Part shown: positions 1-13,005 of the stretch, piece by piece
Layout of the letters: each line of letters starts with the position of its first letter
Numbering within the stretch: position 1 is the first letter of the stretch
Assembly (NCBI GenBank): GCA_964016885.1
Contig: OZ024744.1
Coordinates: 35,526,001 to 35,590,000, forward strand
Origin: Eledone cirrhosa
Lineage: Eukaryota
DNA length: 64,000 nucleotides
Direction of reading: 5' to 3'
Notes under the pieces: model-generated
Database searches by the model: none
What the model saw: only the letters and a program-made list of their open reading frames with translations
Told to the model about the DNA's origin: nothing
Position numbers and translations under genes: made by a program

Positions 1-521
1 TTGTTTATTCCTTTACTTATTTGCATAGGTAAGTATATATTACCCGTATGTTTTGTGAAGGTATGTATACCTTCTCGTACGTATATTTGACTGTTATGGC
101 GTATAATTTTTACATATTCTGGTATTTAGGGTTTGGCTATGTGTATACGGGAGTTTTGCGTCTGCGTGAGTATGCAGGTTCGTACGTATGGTGGGTGTAT
201 GTATATGTGTACTTCTTGTTTTAGTTGACTTACGTCTCCGAACATTTGTGTATTTATTTGTAGGTATGTGTGTGCGCTTGTTATATACGTATTTATTTAC
301 TTATATACGTTTATATAATTATTTATTTATTTGTACACAAGCATACACACACACACATATTTATATGTGCGTGGTTTTGTATACATATGGTAAGGTTTTG
401 CGTATGCTTGTGTATGTACGTATCTGTTTGCGTGTATGTATTTATTTGTTTCTATTACTTCTGTATTGTATTTATTTACTTTGTTCTTAACTCTGTAGCG
501 GAGATTCATTCGGTCTCCTAG

Positions 522-785
522 TTAGAATTTTAGTCTACAACTTCCGCTATACCATTTACGTGGTTTTGTCTTTGTGTGCTATTGTTCTCCACGCTCCACA
601 TATGACTTATTATCTTCGTTTTTTCGTTCATTGCCAGAGAACGTCTCTATGCACCACTTAGAGAACATTAGTCTACGACCTCTTTTATACCATAAACGTG
701 GTTCTGTCTTTGCGCGTAATTGTTTTTCACCGCTCCTATTAATGACATATTCGTTTTTTCCCGTTCTTTGCCAGCGAACGTCACC
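522..785. repeat. Diverged tandem duplication (about 135 bp x2)
   Basis: The block tagtctac...ataccat/aaacgtggtt..gtcttt...ccrctcc...tcgttttttc...gccag.gaacgtc occurs twice (about 522-650 and 660-785). Confidence 0.6.
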
Positions 786-834
786 ATGAACCAAAGTATC
801 ATCTTCCTGTCTTCCTCCGGTTGCAACGTTTTTT

Positions 835-945
835 GAAATATCCAGTTCTGCGTTTACAGATTGACTTTGTTAGTTTCAGAAGATCCCGTTAAGGGTGAAA
901 GCAGCGATTCTTTGCTTAAACTTTAATCTGTTATATTAATAAATA
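835..945 (+). repeat. Dispersed repeat family 'cagaagatcccgttaagggtgaaagcagcgattctttgc' (possible PLE terminal fragment)
   Basis: Near-identical copies at about 37225-37300 (-), 38310-38465 (palindromic pair) and 53715-53830 (-), all next to (TA)n. Confidence 0.7.
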
Positions 946-1031
946 TTTGCTCTTCGGTTCTTATATATTTGATATATATTTTCCTTATCGAGCCCTCTTT
1001 GGATTTTAGTCTTCAATTTTATTATTATTAC

Positions 1032-1096
1032 TATATATATGTATATATATATGTATATATATATGTATGTATATATATATATATATATATTATATG

Positions 1097-1127
<31 letters not shown>

Positions 1128-1128
1128 G

Positions 1129-1163
<35 letters not shown>

Positions 1164-1282
1164 ATATATATGTATATATGTATATATATATGTATATATA
1201 TATGTATATATGTATATATATATGTATATATATATATGTATATATATGTATATATATATGTATATATATATATGTATATATG

Positions 1283-1331
<49 letters not shown>

Positions 1332-1554
1332 GTATATATGTATATGTATATATGTGTATATATATGTATATGTATATATGTGTATATATATGTATATATA
1401 TATATATGTATATATGTATATATATATATATGTATATATGTATATATATATATGTATATATATGTATATATATATATGTATATATGTATATATATATGTA
1501 TATATATATGTATATATGTATATATATATGTATATATGTATATATATATGTATA

Positions 1555-1588
<34 letters not shown>

Positions 1589-1590
1589 CA
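1032..1590. repeat. (TA)n/(TATG)n compound microsatellite
   Basis: Direct reading; it explains the spurious Y/I/M ORFs. Confidence 0.98.
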
Positions 1591-1989
1591 CGAACCCACA
1601 CACAAACACACACACAAACACATATACACACAGAATGATCATGCAATGAAGAAAATGTCAATGTAATCACTCAAGCTAAGAAAAGCAATAGTTGAAGTGT
1701 CCACTCAAGTCATACCCTATCATCTTAAAAGAAAATAGGGAAGAGCTCATTAGATAATATAGTTCTAAGTACACAATGTCTGAATAAATGTAGGAATGGT
1801 TACGTGTGTGTGTATGTGTCATCATCATCATCATCATCGTTTAATGTCCATTTTCCAAGCTAGCATGGGTTAGGCAAGGCTGGTCGGGTGACCGTGTCTC
1901 GCTCATATAGGACTATCTGGCAGGTTTTCTACGGCTGGATGCCCTTCCTAACACCAACCATATTTGTGTATATATGTATATATATATAT

Positions 1990-2150
1990 AACGAAGGAGT
2001 TGTGGTAAGGAACCAGATGGAGCATAACGCACCAGAGTACTCAATACTTAGTGTAGTAGAGTGGGTAATAGGAAAATGTATGACCCCGACGGCAGAGCTC
2101 AAGCCGTTTCGACGGCTTGTGCACTGCCGTCGGGGTCATACATTTTCATA
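1990..2150. repeat. Short hairpin-ended dispersed element
   Basis: 36-bp-arm hairpin at 2072-2147 plus the flank ccagagtactc..tagtagagtgggtaa; related copies at about 27040-27190 and 49965-50105. Confidence 0.65.
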
Positions 2151-2419
2151 CACACACACAGTGAAAGAGTGTGGCTGAGTGGTTAGAGAATTGGATTCGC
2201 ATTCCCGGTTGAGGCATTATGTCCTTGAGCAAGACACTTTATTTCATGTTGCTCCTTCTGCCTGGATTTCCGATAGTATTAGTATTAGCAATTGGTAAGA
2301 TCAATGGAAGCATTGTTTCCTCGGTCCGATTTCACGACCTCTACTCCACTCATTATGTGAATGAGGTCTGGGAACTTGTCAATCAACTGTTATATATATA
2401 TATGTATGTATGTATGTAT

Positions 2420-3420
2420 ATATCATCATCATCATCATCGTTTTACGTCAATTTCTCCAAGCTGGCATGGGTTAGACAAGTTGTCCTGTTGTACGAGTTA
2501 TCCTGTCAATGTTAGATCAGGTGACCAGGTGTAGAACATGAAAAATTAAAGAGGGGTCTGCGCAAAGGTCTACACAATATTACCTTACCTAGATTTTCAG
2601 ATACTCAAAATGACTTTGCTTTGTGGTTGGATTTGCCTCAGTAAATCTGGTCTTAGAAGTCATCATAGAAGTCATGTACAAAATGTTGATGATTATAGTC
2701 TCTTTGGCTTATATATGCATCTCAAATAGCTTGTTTCTCTCTTTAATTAGATGTGCTATAACCCTTTCAGTAACCTTCATGACCTGGTCCATCAACTTAA
2801 TGTCTTTGTAGTTACCTCTTTCTAGTGTCCCCCCCTTGCCCTTGTAACAGTTTGCAATGATATTGCTACATCAGTCATCAGATATGACACCATCTTGCCT
2901 CATTCAATTAACTATGCATCTGACAACCCGTTAACCCACCACGCTGGGTCTTTTCAGCATCTCAGTAACTATGCTTGATTGTCTGGCTGCTTCCCTACCT
3001 CCATAGCTTTAATTGCTTTGTCTATAACTTATATAGCTGGTCCCTCAGTTGGGTCTACATGAGGTAGGCCCCCACACTCCCATTTATTCTCTTTATTCAC
3101 CAGCCCCTCATAATATGATTTCCATGCTTCTTTCTTTTTGGCATAAGTCAGAGCAAGTGCTCCACTATCATTTCAGACAGAGTTTTCTCCAATTACATCA
3201 TGTCTGTCCCTGTCATATTGTCTCACAATCTCGAACATCTCACATCATAGTATATGTACAAACTTCTTCTTTTCTGCCTTTTCTCTTCCTAAATATATCT
3301 GACACTTAGCCTCTCTATTAGCTTTTAAGAATTGCTTTCTCTTTTCCCCATTTCTTCCAGTCTTTCCAAGCTTGTTTCTTTGCTTGTAGGACCATATCTA
3401 CCACTATGTCACCCTTTATC
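2420..3420 (-). mobile_element. Degraded RTE-clade LINE fragment
   Basis: The minus strand resembles the CYKGKGD..RGNY..IKLMDQVMKVTE segment of the better-preserved RTE at 43720-45270. Confidence 0.7.
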
Positions 3421-3774
3421 TTCCTGAAACCTTGAACCAGCCATGGATCTAAGCCATGGCCTTCAGAGGATTGTGCTCACGCTGGTGGTTAGAGTGTTGG
3501 GCTTATGATTATAATATCATGGATTCAATTCCTGGACCAGATACCATATTGTGTTCTTGAGCAAAAATACTTTATTTTTGAAATTTGAAAATGTGTACCA
3601 CCAGCAGCTGTAGGTTAACTTTGCAATGGACTGGCATCTTGTCCAGTGGGATAGTCTTGTAATCTGAATTACTTAATACCAATGAAACCAGGTTATGTTT
3701 CAGTCTGATAATCCCCCCCACCCCAAAAAAGCTTGCGACAGAATTTAACCATTTTATATATATATATATATATA

Positions 3775-4135
3775 TGGATGTGCAATGCCAGTGTGTATGA
3801 ACGACCAAGCATGAATGAGTTGAGAGAGAAACTCTGTATAAGAGGAATAAACTGTATGGTGCAGGGGAGAAGACTATGTTGGTAAGGCCATCTGATGCGC
3901 ATAGGTGATGACCGCTAGGTGAAGGAGTGCCGGGTAATCCCAGTGGAAGGCAGTCGCATTAGAGGAAGACCACGAAAAACATGGACAGAGGTGGTGAGAG
4001 TTGACCTCAGATCACTGAAGATCATAGAGGAAGTGACGAAAGACCATGACAAATGGAGAGATGCTGTGCTGAAAAGGACCCGTCCCACCCTTGCAAGCAG
4101 GGAAAAGTGAACGTAAAATGATGATGATGGTGATA
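3775..4135 (+). mobile_element. RTE LINE 3' fragment
   Basis: Peptide RIRGRPRKTWTEVVRVDL...DKWRDAV, followed by the shared RTE 3' end (cgtcccacccttgcaagcagggaaaa) and a (GAT)n tail. Confidence 0.8.
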
Positions 4136-4283
4136 TATATATATAAAGAATAACATTAAAAAAGATGCTGTGATTATATAAAGCGTTTATTCATTATAAT
4201 TATTTCCTTGGCTACCTTTATGCAATCCAATGCTTTCTCTTGTTGACTCCTGTTTTATTCAAAAACAATTTTTTACTGAACAT

Positions 4284-4365
<82 letters not shown>

Positions 4366-4770
4366 GTATATATACATAAAATACATATATGAAATAAATG
4401 CAAGTCCCTTTGCTGTAGACTGCCAAACTTGTATGTAACCAAGAACAGTTTTAGTGGTTGACCTTTTCAGATTTGAAAGCTAAGAGGACACAGCTATTAA
4501 TTAGTTTAGTCTAAATTTAGTGTCAGCATCTCATTGATCCAATCACACGGGCTATTCTCAGGCGAACCTGGGAGACTGGTTTCATAGACCAGGGGATGGA
4601 TGGGTAGGTGGGTAGTGGTAATTATAGATAATGAATGACTTCCAGGTGTGGGTGGTGGGGGAGTAGGGCAACAGCCAAAGACCTAACCCACCCCATGTGC
4701 AGCCTATCCTTCCTTTAAATAATAATAATAATAATAATAATAAGTAAATAAATGACAATTTGTATGTTTT

Positions 4771-7397
4771 AATAATGATTTCTTTATTGGCCACAAGGGC
4801 TGACATCAAGAAAAACATTACAGACGGCACAGGACGGTACAGGACAGTACGATGTGGGTTTTGTGCGTGTAAATATTTTTATTATTTATATAAGAAAAGA
4901 AAAAAAGACATAGAAACATATATATAAACAATAAAAATGAAAATTGAAACAATGAAAAATTCCCCAATAGGGGGGAAACTTCCGAGGGTTACTCGTGGCG
5001 AAAACCACACAAAAGACCACAGCCACCCTGACCACCAGGGCAAGCGCCCTCTCTCAATTTTTCCATTTCTCAAACTACAGACGTATATTCAGAGCGGTCC
5101 CGTTCACTCGGACCATTCTCTCTACATTCACCCACCTTTCAACAAACTTGCTAGAAGGCAGCACTTGCCTCTCCACCCTGATTTTCCTCTTCAAGTGAAA
5201 CTTGAAAAAGTTAATTAGGGATTCACCAAAGTGGAGAGTGTCTGTCTTTATCCCTTTCAACCTTGTCCACCACACAATCTCTTTCGCCATGGCCACCAGG
5301 CAGATGAAAACTGCCTGTCCTTCCTCCTCGAAGGAAGATGGCGAGACCATCTGCACAATGGACTCAGTCGATAACCGGATCAGTCCTACACACGACAGCA
5401 ACTGTTCGACATAGCTCCACAAGTCAGCAATGCTCAGGCACTGAACGAGTGCATGCACGACGGTTTCGTCGCTCTGCGCGCATCTCAGACAGGCTCGGCT
5501 GACGGCACTTCCGTGCCTGTAGAGCTTATCTCGAACCGGCAGCGCTCCCCAGTAGCACTACCAGGCCAGGGATTTTTGGAAGTTAGCCATAGGCCCTGGG
5601 CTGAAAGTTCTCTGGAAGAGAGCAAACAGCTGATCTTCTTTGACGCCCAGGATCTCTCCGAGAATGTCCTCGCTCTTCCCTTCCACTAGTCCTCTATAAA
5701 ACGCCGAGGTGGATATTCCACCGATACTGGTGCCCAGCTGGCAGAGGGCAGTGAGCGCCTGGAGACATTCCAGTTTTGAAGCGCTATCCCTCAGTTTTTT
5801 TCTGACCCAGGATTGCAGCTCCGTCAAGGAGACGAGCTGTGGTAAAACGTGCCTGCCGAACGGCGACCACACCTGTTCATCACCAAGGAAGCACCAGAGA
5901 TGCCGCAGCCTCAATGCATGTTTGCGTATCATCAGCCATGGCATACCCAGTCCTCCACGCAACGAGTGTTGACAGCAGATGGATTGTCTGACCATGGGAG
6001 CGCGTCCCTTCCACAAAAAGTGGAAGAGGAGGCGCTCCATTTTGGTGAGAGTTGGGCTGGGGCAAGGGACGACGGTGAGACGGATGCGATGTACGCATTC
6101 ACCACCTCCGCCCGGCCTTTCAGGGACAGCTTCCTCTCGGCCTTCTGGGTGAGGGAGGCCACCTTGCTCGTCACCTCGTCCAGTTTTTCTCCATCTGGAG
6201 GTCCGGTCCGCACCAAACCCCGAGCAATTTAGCCGGTCCGTCCATCCAACGCCCCACGACGCTGTCGGACGGCGTGGACTTGCCTCTCCAGGTGCCGAGC
6301 TGCAAGCCCACTGACTTTTCCTGGTTTATCTTTGCTCCTGTCACTGCATCGTATTCCTTGAGAGTAGTGCCGAGCATCTGGACGTGTCTGGTGCTCTACA
6401 CCACCACGGTGACGTCGTCAGCGTAAGCCGACTCGGATTTCCCGCATCCTAGTTAGCGTGGGACGCCCCTCATCGCCCCCAGTTTGTGCAGTAATGGCTT
6501 GAGACCCAATACGTACAAGAGGGACCAGAGGGGACAACCCTGGCGGACCGGGCGTATGATGCTTATCGGCTGCGACAGGTGACCGTTCACCCTCACAACT
6601 GAGCAGATGTCGCTGTACATCGCAGCGATCCAACCCCTGAAAACGGGCCCGAAACCGGCTGCCTCGAGGACCGCCGCCAGGTACCGATGGTCGACCCTAT
6701 CGAATGCTTTGGATTGATCCAAGTTGATCAGGCCCGACCCGTGCCAGGTTCCTTAACCACCCTCTCTATGATGTATCGCCTGAGGTGGAGGTTGTTGTGT
6801 ATGGATCTGTCCGGAATGGCACATGTCTGTGCCTCTCCCACCAGACCCTTGACAACAAGCGCCAACCTCGTTGCTAACACCTTGGCCAAAATCTTGAACT
6901 CTGCGTTCAGCAGGGTTATGGGCCTGAAGTTTTCGATAACATCCCCCTTGTTCGGGTCTTTTCTCAGCAGCGTCACTGCTCCCTGGCTCACAAAACTAGG
7001 AATGCTCCTGTTCTGCTGCCAGTTGCAGTAGACGTCTGCTAAGAGGTCACCAAAAAAGTCTGGCATAAATGCATAAAGCTCGTAGGGCAGACCATCCAAA
7101 CCTGGCGATTTACTCCTCGTGCAGCTAGCCATCGGTTCCTGTATTTCACTGGCTGTTATTGGCTTTTCGCAACACTGTGCTCTGGTCGCGGAGAGCCGAG
7201 GCAGTCCATCGAGGTATGCACTGAAGTCCATACCCGATCCGGCCCACCGCTGCCTCCGAACAGTTCAGCAAAGTGCTGCTGAAAAGCTTCACACATCTGC
7301 TCGGGTTCAAGCAACACGCACCCGTTTTGATCAGACAAAGACCGAATTGTGGCTTTGTTGCCACATCGCGCCTCTGCCACCCGGGCTCATTGGACGC
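4771..7397 (-). mobile_element. 5'-truncated L1/Tx1-clade non-LTR retrotransposon, frameshifted ORF2
   Basis: RT motifs SPGLDGLPYELY, NFRPITLLNAEFKILAKVLA, DQSKAFDRVDH, VRQGCPL and AYADD (about 6413-6428); C-terminal CxxC...HALVQC zinc knuckle; AATAAA near 4785 on the - strand. Confidence 0.85.
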
Positions 7398-8788
7398 TAG
7401 AGTACTTAGTTTCTATGTGACACACTCAAATATTTTTTTCTATGTAAACTGCATCTTTATGTTTCAGTATGTGGTTTGGCATGATTCCAGTTTTGTGTTT
7501 TGTGTGAATGTGTGTGTGTGAGTATGTATGTGTATGCATGTGAGTGTATGTGTGTGTGTTTGTATGTATCTTTGTGTGTGAAAGGATGGGGGTGGAGGAT
7601 GCAAATTAAAATATGGTATGTTTGATATGATTATGGTGATGTTATTCATCATTATCATCATCACCATTTAACGTCCATTTTTCCATGCTAGCATGGGTTA
7701 GACAAGTTGTCCTGTGGTTAGACAAGCCAGATCAGGTGACCGTGTATTGCTCATACAGAACTGATTTTGGCTTGATTTCTATGGCTGCATGCCGTACCTA
7801 TTGCCAACCACTAATATGATCACCTTACAGTGTGTGCTGGGCGCTTTTTGTCATGACACCTATATAATCACCTTACAATGTGGGCTGGGGTGAGGGAGGT
7901 GCATGGGGATTGTAGAGGTAGATCTAGTGGGGGTGAATAAAGGGGGGCGTCTTAGGACATGGGTAGAGTGTTAGGATGTGGGAGGTGTATGGAAGGGGGA
8001 GGGGGAGGTAAGAGGAAGTAGCACATACTAGATGTATGCTTCAACCTCTGCATATGGGAAGGCAGGTCTTCTGTATTACTGCATAACTCCAGAAATCTCA
8101 AATCCTGTATCATCGCCTTTGTGAAGTGTAATTTTGCAAGGTTCACTTTTATCACCTCATCCCAAGTCTTCCTAGGTCTTCCTACTCCATAGCTTCCATC
8201 AACTTTGAGAATCCTTCACCTTTTTATACAGCTGTCATCCTTCATATGTATCACAGTTCCATGCAATCTCCTCTCTTGCACTACATTTGATCTCTCTTAT
8301 ACCCAATTTCTCTCATTGTTCATTTATGCTTTGCTGTATTTGTGTATTACTATTACACATCCATCAAAGCATGCTAGCTTCATTTCTTTCCAATCTTCAC
8401 AGTTCCTCTGTGCACACATCCAGGTCTCATTACCATGCAACACGGCTGCTCATATAAACGCATCATACAATCTGCCCTTTATTTTGAGGGAAAAACTTTT
8501 TGTATCTAGGAGCAGTAGTTGCACTCCAAACTTTTTCCATCCCGTTCTCACTCTGGTTACTGTACACTAGTACATCCATCTCCACTGCTAATTTGGTCAC
8601 CCAGGTAACAAAAGCTGTCAACTGCTTCTATGGAACCTTCCAAGAATTTGATAGCATTTGTTTCTTGTGTGTGTTTGTTACTTTCAGCTTCTCTACACTG
8701 GCCACATATAAAAACCTACTTTCTTAGCTATCTTACCTGAGATCCCACTACATTTCTTGTGTACCCATAGCTTGCATTTGGGACAGTA

Positions 8789-10225
8789 TATAATAATAAT
8801 AATAATGAAATTATTGTGTACAGTGCTCAGGTGCACTACAACTCATCAAAGGTGCATGTATAGTACATAGAATAATGTACAAATGTCAGGAAAATAAACA
8901 GTGTATGAGTCATGATATAATAACAATAACGAAATATTGTGCACAGTGCCCAGGTGCACCACAACTCATCAAAAAAGTGCATGTACAGTACATAGGGCAA
9001 TGCACAAACATCAGTAAAATGAACAGTGCACGAGTCATGATACACACATGTGTGCATGTGTATGGAAGGGGTACATCAGGTGTAGTTTTGGCGTATTTTG
9101 GGAAGCATGAGTGTCTTAAAGGATGCAGTGTCTCGGCAGCTAACAATTGACGCAGGCAGTTTGTTCCATGCTTCAGCAACTCTGAGCGTGAAAAAATGTC
9201 TGCGAAAGTCATGGGAGCTGTGCTGTTTTCTTATCTTGTAGGCATGTCCACGTGTGTTAGACACATGGAGATCAAAGAGGCGCTCAGGGTTGCAGTTGGC
9301 GAGATGGTTAAAAACTTTGTGGGTATTCACCAAGTTCATTGCCAGACGTCGGAGCTTCAATGAATCCATGCCCAGGGAAGCAAGGCGTTCAGAGTATGGT
9401 AGGTGTCTGATGGAGGGTATGCGCTTGGTTGCACGTCTCTGAACAGTTTCCAGGAGGTCAATGTTCCGAGCAAGATAGGGGTTCCAGACTGATGATGCGA
9501 ATTCCAAGTGTGGTCGCACCATAGCTGTATACAGTTTTAAATAGATGGCTGGAGAGCGGCTAACAAAGGTCTTGCTGAGTGATGCCAAGACACCCTCGGC
9601 CTTCTTGACAATCTTAGAGACATGCTTTGTCCAACGCAAATCGTTGCTGACAGTAATGCCCAGGTCACGTTCACAAGAGGACTTTTTGATGTCAGTGTTG
9701 TGGAGGGAGTATGTGGACGCTGGATTTTTCCTTCCAAAATGCATGGTGGTACACTTGTCCACAGCCAGCTTCAGTTGCCAGTCTGTGATCCATTGCTGCA
9801 TTGTGTCCAGGTCTGATTGTAGGAAACAGTTGTAAATTTCAGGATCAGTCCTTTTGATTTCAAGGTACAGCTTGATGTCATCTGCATATTTTAGTACCGT
9901 GGCATTCTGTAAGTTGGCATCTATGTCATTAATATATGCCACAAACAAAAGAGGACCAAGAACAGATCCCTGTGGTACACCAGATGACATCTCATATGGT
10001 GAAGAATGCTGTCCTAGAACCGTGACTACTTCCTTTCGGCTGAGAATGAAGGATTTCAGCCAGTCGAAAAGATCATCCCTCACACCCATTGCAGAGAGTT
10101 TTGCCATAAGTCTTTTGTGTGGCACAGAATTAAAAGCCTTAGCAAAGTCAAGGTAAACAACATCCACCCATGAGCCGCTGTCAGTGATCCGGGTGATGTC
10201 CTCAAGAAACTCGATAAGCTGAATA
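8789..10225 (-). mobile_element. 5'-truncated CR1-clade LINE
   Basis: Contains the RT ORF 9076-10167, a 3' UTR and a (TAT)n tail at about 8790-8806; splits the RTE element. Confidence 0.9.
9076..10167 (-). CDS. CR1-type reverse transcriptase, C-terminal part of ORF2 (open frame, 5'-truncated)
   Basis: DVVYLDFAKAF, SGVPQGSVLGP, YADDIKL, ERDLGI, VRPHLEF, TRGH, RRHFFTLRVAEAWNKLP. Confidence 0.85.
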   Translation of the reverse strand: MDVVYLDFAKAFNSVPHKRLMAKLSAMGVRDDLFDWLKSFILSRKEVVTVLGQHSSPYEMSSGVPQGSVLGPLLFVAYINDIDANLQNATVLKYADDIKLYLEIKRTDPEIYNCFLQSDLDTMQQWITDWQLKLAVDKCTTMHFGRKNPASTYSLHNTDIKKSSCERDLGITVSNDLRWTKHVSKIVKKAEGVLASLSKTFVSRSPAIYLKLYTAMVRPHLEFASSVWNPYLARNIDLLETVQRRATKRIPSIRHLPYSERLASLGMDSLKLRRLAMNLVNTHKVFNHLANCNPERLFDLHVSNTRGHAYKIRKQHSSHDFRRHFFTLRVAEAWNKLPASIVSCRDTASFKTLMLPKIRQNYT

Positions 10226-11340
10226 TAGAATTTCTTCCCACGCCTTTCCTACACGCTAAGCAAGGTCATTTCCCAGACTGAATCAGGACCTTGTTTTCCT
10301 TACTACTTACTAGAACTTTGGTCTTTGCCATGTTGACTTTAAGATCTTTTGATTCCAGGTTATGCTTCCAGGTCTGGAATTTTTTCTCTAGTCTGTCATA
10401 GATTCAGCTATGAGAATTAGATCATCAGCATACAGGAGTTCCCATGGGCATTGTTTTAACCTCTTCTGTTATAATCTGGAGGATAATTATAAACAAGAGA
10501 GAGCTAAGGATGAAGCCTTGGTAGACCCTAACTTGCACATTAAAATCCTCGCTATAGTCATTATTAACTTTAACCTTGCTGACAGCACCTCTGTATCACC
10601 CTCACTAGCCACTCTTCTAGTCCTAGTTTTCTTAGTGTCCACCAGATTACAGAACAGGGAATCCTGTCAAAAGCTTTCTCTAGGTTGTCAAATATTAAGT
10701 AATGGGGTTTGCTTTTAGCTAGATACTATTCCTGCAGTTGCCTCATAAGCAAGAGGGCATCTGTAGCACTTTTTCCTGGCATAAATCCAAACTTTATCTC
10801 ATCTTGGATGATTTGATCCCTAATTAGTTGTACAATGTCTCTTTTTGTAGTTTTCATGACCTGCTCCATCAGTTTGATGCCACGATAGGTCCCTCTGTCT
10901 AGTGTATCACCTTTGACCTTGTAACAGTTGATGCTGCTACACCAGTCAGTGGGTATGGCACCACACCCAATTGGTTTAACAATATAGGTAGTTATGGTGT
11001 GTCCTACCATCCCATATGCTATTAGCACCTCAGTAACTATTCCCGATGGCCCCACAGCTTTTCCTGTTTTCATGTCCTTAATTGACTTACTACACTACTA
11101 CTGACTTGTATCACTTCTCTCTCTGTAGGGTCCACCTGGAGCAGGTTATTTTCCTCCCTCACATTCTTCTCATTCATCAGTCTCTCATAATGACACTTTC
11201 AAGCTGCCTTCTTTTTGGTTTCAGTGAGGGCAAGTGCACCATTGTCATCTCAGACACACTTCGCTCCAACAACATCACTATTTTCCCTGACACACCACTA
11301 TCTAGTGATCCTGAACACCTTGTGTCTTTAGTCATCATAC

Positions 11341-12297
11341 CGCATTATTTTTTCACACTGAGAGTTGCTGAAGCATGGAACAAACTCCCTGCATCGGTTG
11401 TTAGCTGTCGAGACACTGCATCCTTTAAAACCTCCATGGAACAAACTACCTGCATCAGTTGTTAGCTGTCGAGACACTGCATCCTTTAAAACCTCCATGG
11501 AACAAACTCCCTGCATCGGTTGTTAGCTGTCGAGACACTGCATCCTTTAAAACCTCCATGGAACAAACTACCTGCATCGGTTGTTAGCTGTCGAGACACT
11601 GCATCCTTTAAAACCTCCATGGAACAAACTCCCTGCATCGGTTGTTAGCTGTCGAGACACTGCATCCTTTAAAACCTCCATGGAACAAACTACCTGCATC
11701 GGTTGTTAGCTGTCGAGACACTGCATCCTTTAAAACCTCCATGGAACAAACTACATGCATCAGTTGTTAGCTGTCGAGACACTGTATCCTTTAAAACCTC
11801 CATGGAACAAACTACCTGCATCAGTTGTTAGCTGTCGAGACACTGGATCCTTTAAAACCTCCATGGAACAAACTCCCTGCATCAGTTGTTAGCTGTCGAG
11901 ACACTGTATCCTTTAAAACCTCCATGGAACAAACTACCTGCATCAGTTGTTAGCTGTCGAGACACTGCATCCTTTAAAACCTCCATGGAACAAACTACCT
12001 GCATCAGTTGTTAGCTGTCGAGACACTGCATCCTTTAAAACCTCCATGGAACAAACTACCTGCACCAGTTGTTAGCTGTCGAGAAACTGCATCCTTTAAA
12101 ACCTCCATGCTTCCTGAGATTCGCCAACACTACACTTAATATTCCCCCTCCATACACATGCACACATGTATATCATGACTCATACACTATTCACTTCCCT
12201 GATATTTGTATATTATTCTATGACCTATACATGCACCTTTGACGAGTTGTAGTGCACCTGAGCACTGTACACAATAATTTCATTATTATTATAATAA
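11341..12297 (+). mobile_element. CR1 3'-end fragment containing a tandem array
   Basis: FFTLRVAEAWNKLP-coding start, followed by the same 3' UTR and (TAT)n tail as the CR1 at 8789-10225. Confidence 0.85.
11375..12109 (+). repeat. 61-bp tandem repeat x12 derived from the CR1 3' end
   Basis: Unit atggaacaaact(c/a)cctgcatc(g/a)gttgttagctgtcgagacactgcatcctttaaaacctcc; starts at 11375, 11436, ... Confidence 0.95.
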
Positions 12298-12814
12298 GGA
12301 ATTAATATAAAAGTAACATGCATAAACTTTTTACTTTCAGCTACTCTCCTTGCAAAATATACTTGTCTCCTTACCTTTCTCCTGGCCACTTGGTAAAGCT
12401 CTCTGCTACCCCATTTTGTCATTCCTGCCATGCCTGTCTCTTCGCCTTAATTGTTTCCTCCGCCATACTATTCCACCACCAAGTCACTCTGCTACTCCTT
12501 TGGTCTCTGCTCCAGCCACATTCCTCATTTGTGACCTTCAGTAGATTATCTCTCGGGAACTCTCACTTCTCTATATCTTATATTGCTATTTTTTCCTCTT
12601 TATTGTCAAGTAAGGTATCCTAAAATTTCTTACAGGCTGAGGGCTCCTTCAATTTCCATATATTTCTCCTGCAGATTGCCCTCTCTTTCTGAGTTCATCT
12701 AGCTCTAATTAGCAAGTTACTGTCTTCTAGGATCAGTTATAAACATATATATTTGTTGAATTACCAACAAATTCCATATATACATACGTACTGAAATATT
12801 ATTATTTTTTTAGA

Positions 12815-13005
12815 GGGCGGTAGATTGGCAGTATCGGTAGAGGGTTGGACGTCATGCTTTGCAGCACAGTTACGTCCCTTTACAGACTGAGTTCAAATCC
12901 TGTCGAGATTAACTTTGCCTTTCATCTTTATGGGGTCGATAAAATAAAGTACCAGTAATGTACTGGGATAATTGCTGGCCTTGTGCCAAAAGTAGAAACA
13001 ATTAT
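12815..13005 (+). mobile_element. SINE family A (tRNA-like head; central GCCTTTCATC...GGGGTCGATAAAATAAAGTACCAG, MetaSINE-like)
   Basis: Box A/B-like TGGCAGTATCGG and GAGTTCAAATCC. Other copies at about 13330-13525(+), 13700-13900(-), 25875-26060(-), 34760-34940(+), 45665-45780(-), 52440-52655(+), 54175-54360(-), 57685-57855(+), 58580-58764(-), 58990-59168(+), 59328-59540(+). Confidence 0.85.

Larger units (their letters stand above)
7655..12720 (-). mobile_element. Old RTE LINE interrupted by two CR1 insertions (segments about 7655-8788, 10226-11340, 12315-12720)
   Basis: Peptide MKTGKAVGPSGIVTE...YRGIKLMEQVMK...GFMPGKSATDA; PWELLYADDL near 10420-10447; GRPRKTW near 8165-8185; (CAT)n tail. 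Confidence 0.8.

Noticed and set aside
950-1030. Degenerate hammerhead on the - strand (also about 37300-37375, 40213-40260, 53515-53560)
   Set aside because: The core reads (C/T)(T/C)GATAA...CAAA in these copies; too degenerate to call, although the repeat family is real.
936-1670. Multiple 180-240 aa ORFs rich in Y/I/M/C (also 47801-48286 and 63211-63683)
   Set aside because: Translations of (TA)n/(TATG)n microsatellites, open in nearly all frames.
11375-12109. CRISPR-like array
   Set aside because: No unique spacers; the unit is CR1 sequence; eukaryotic context with no cas genes.
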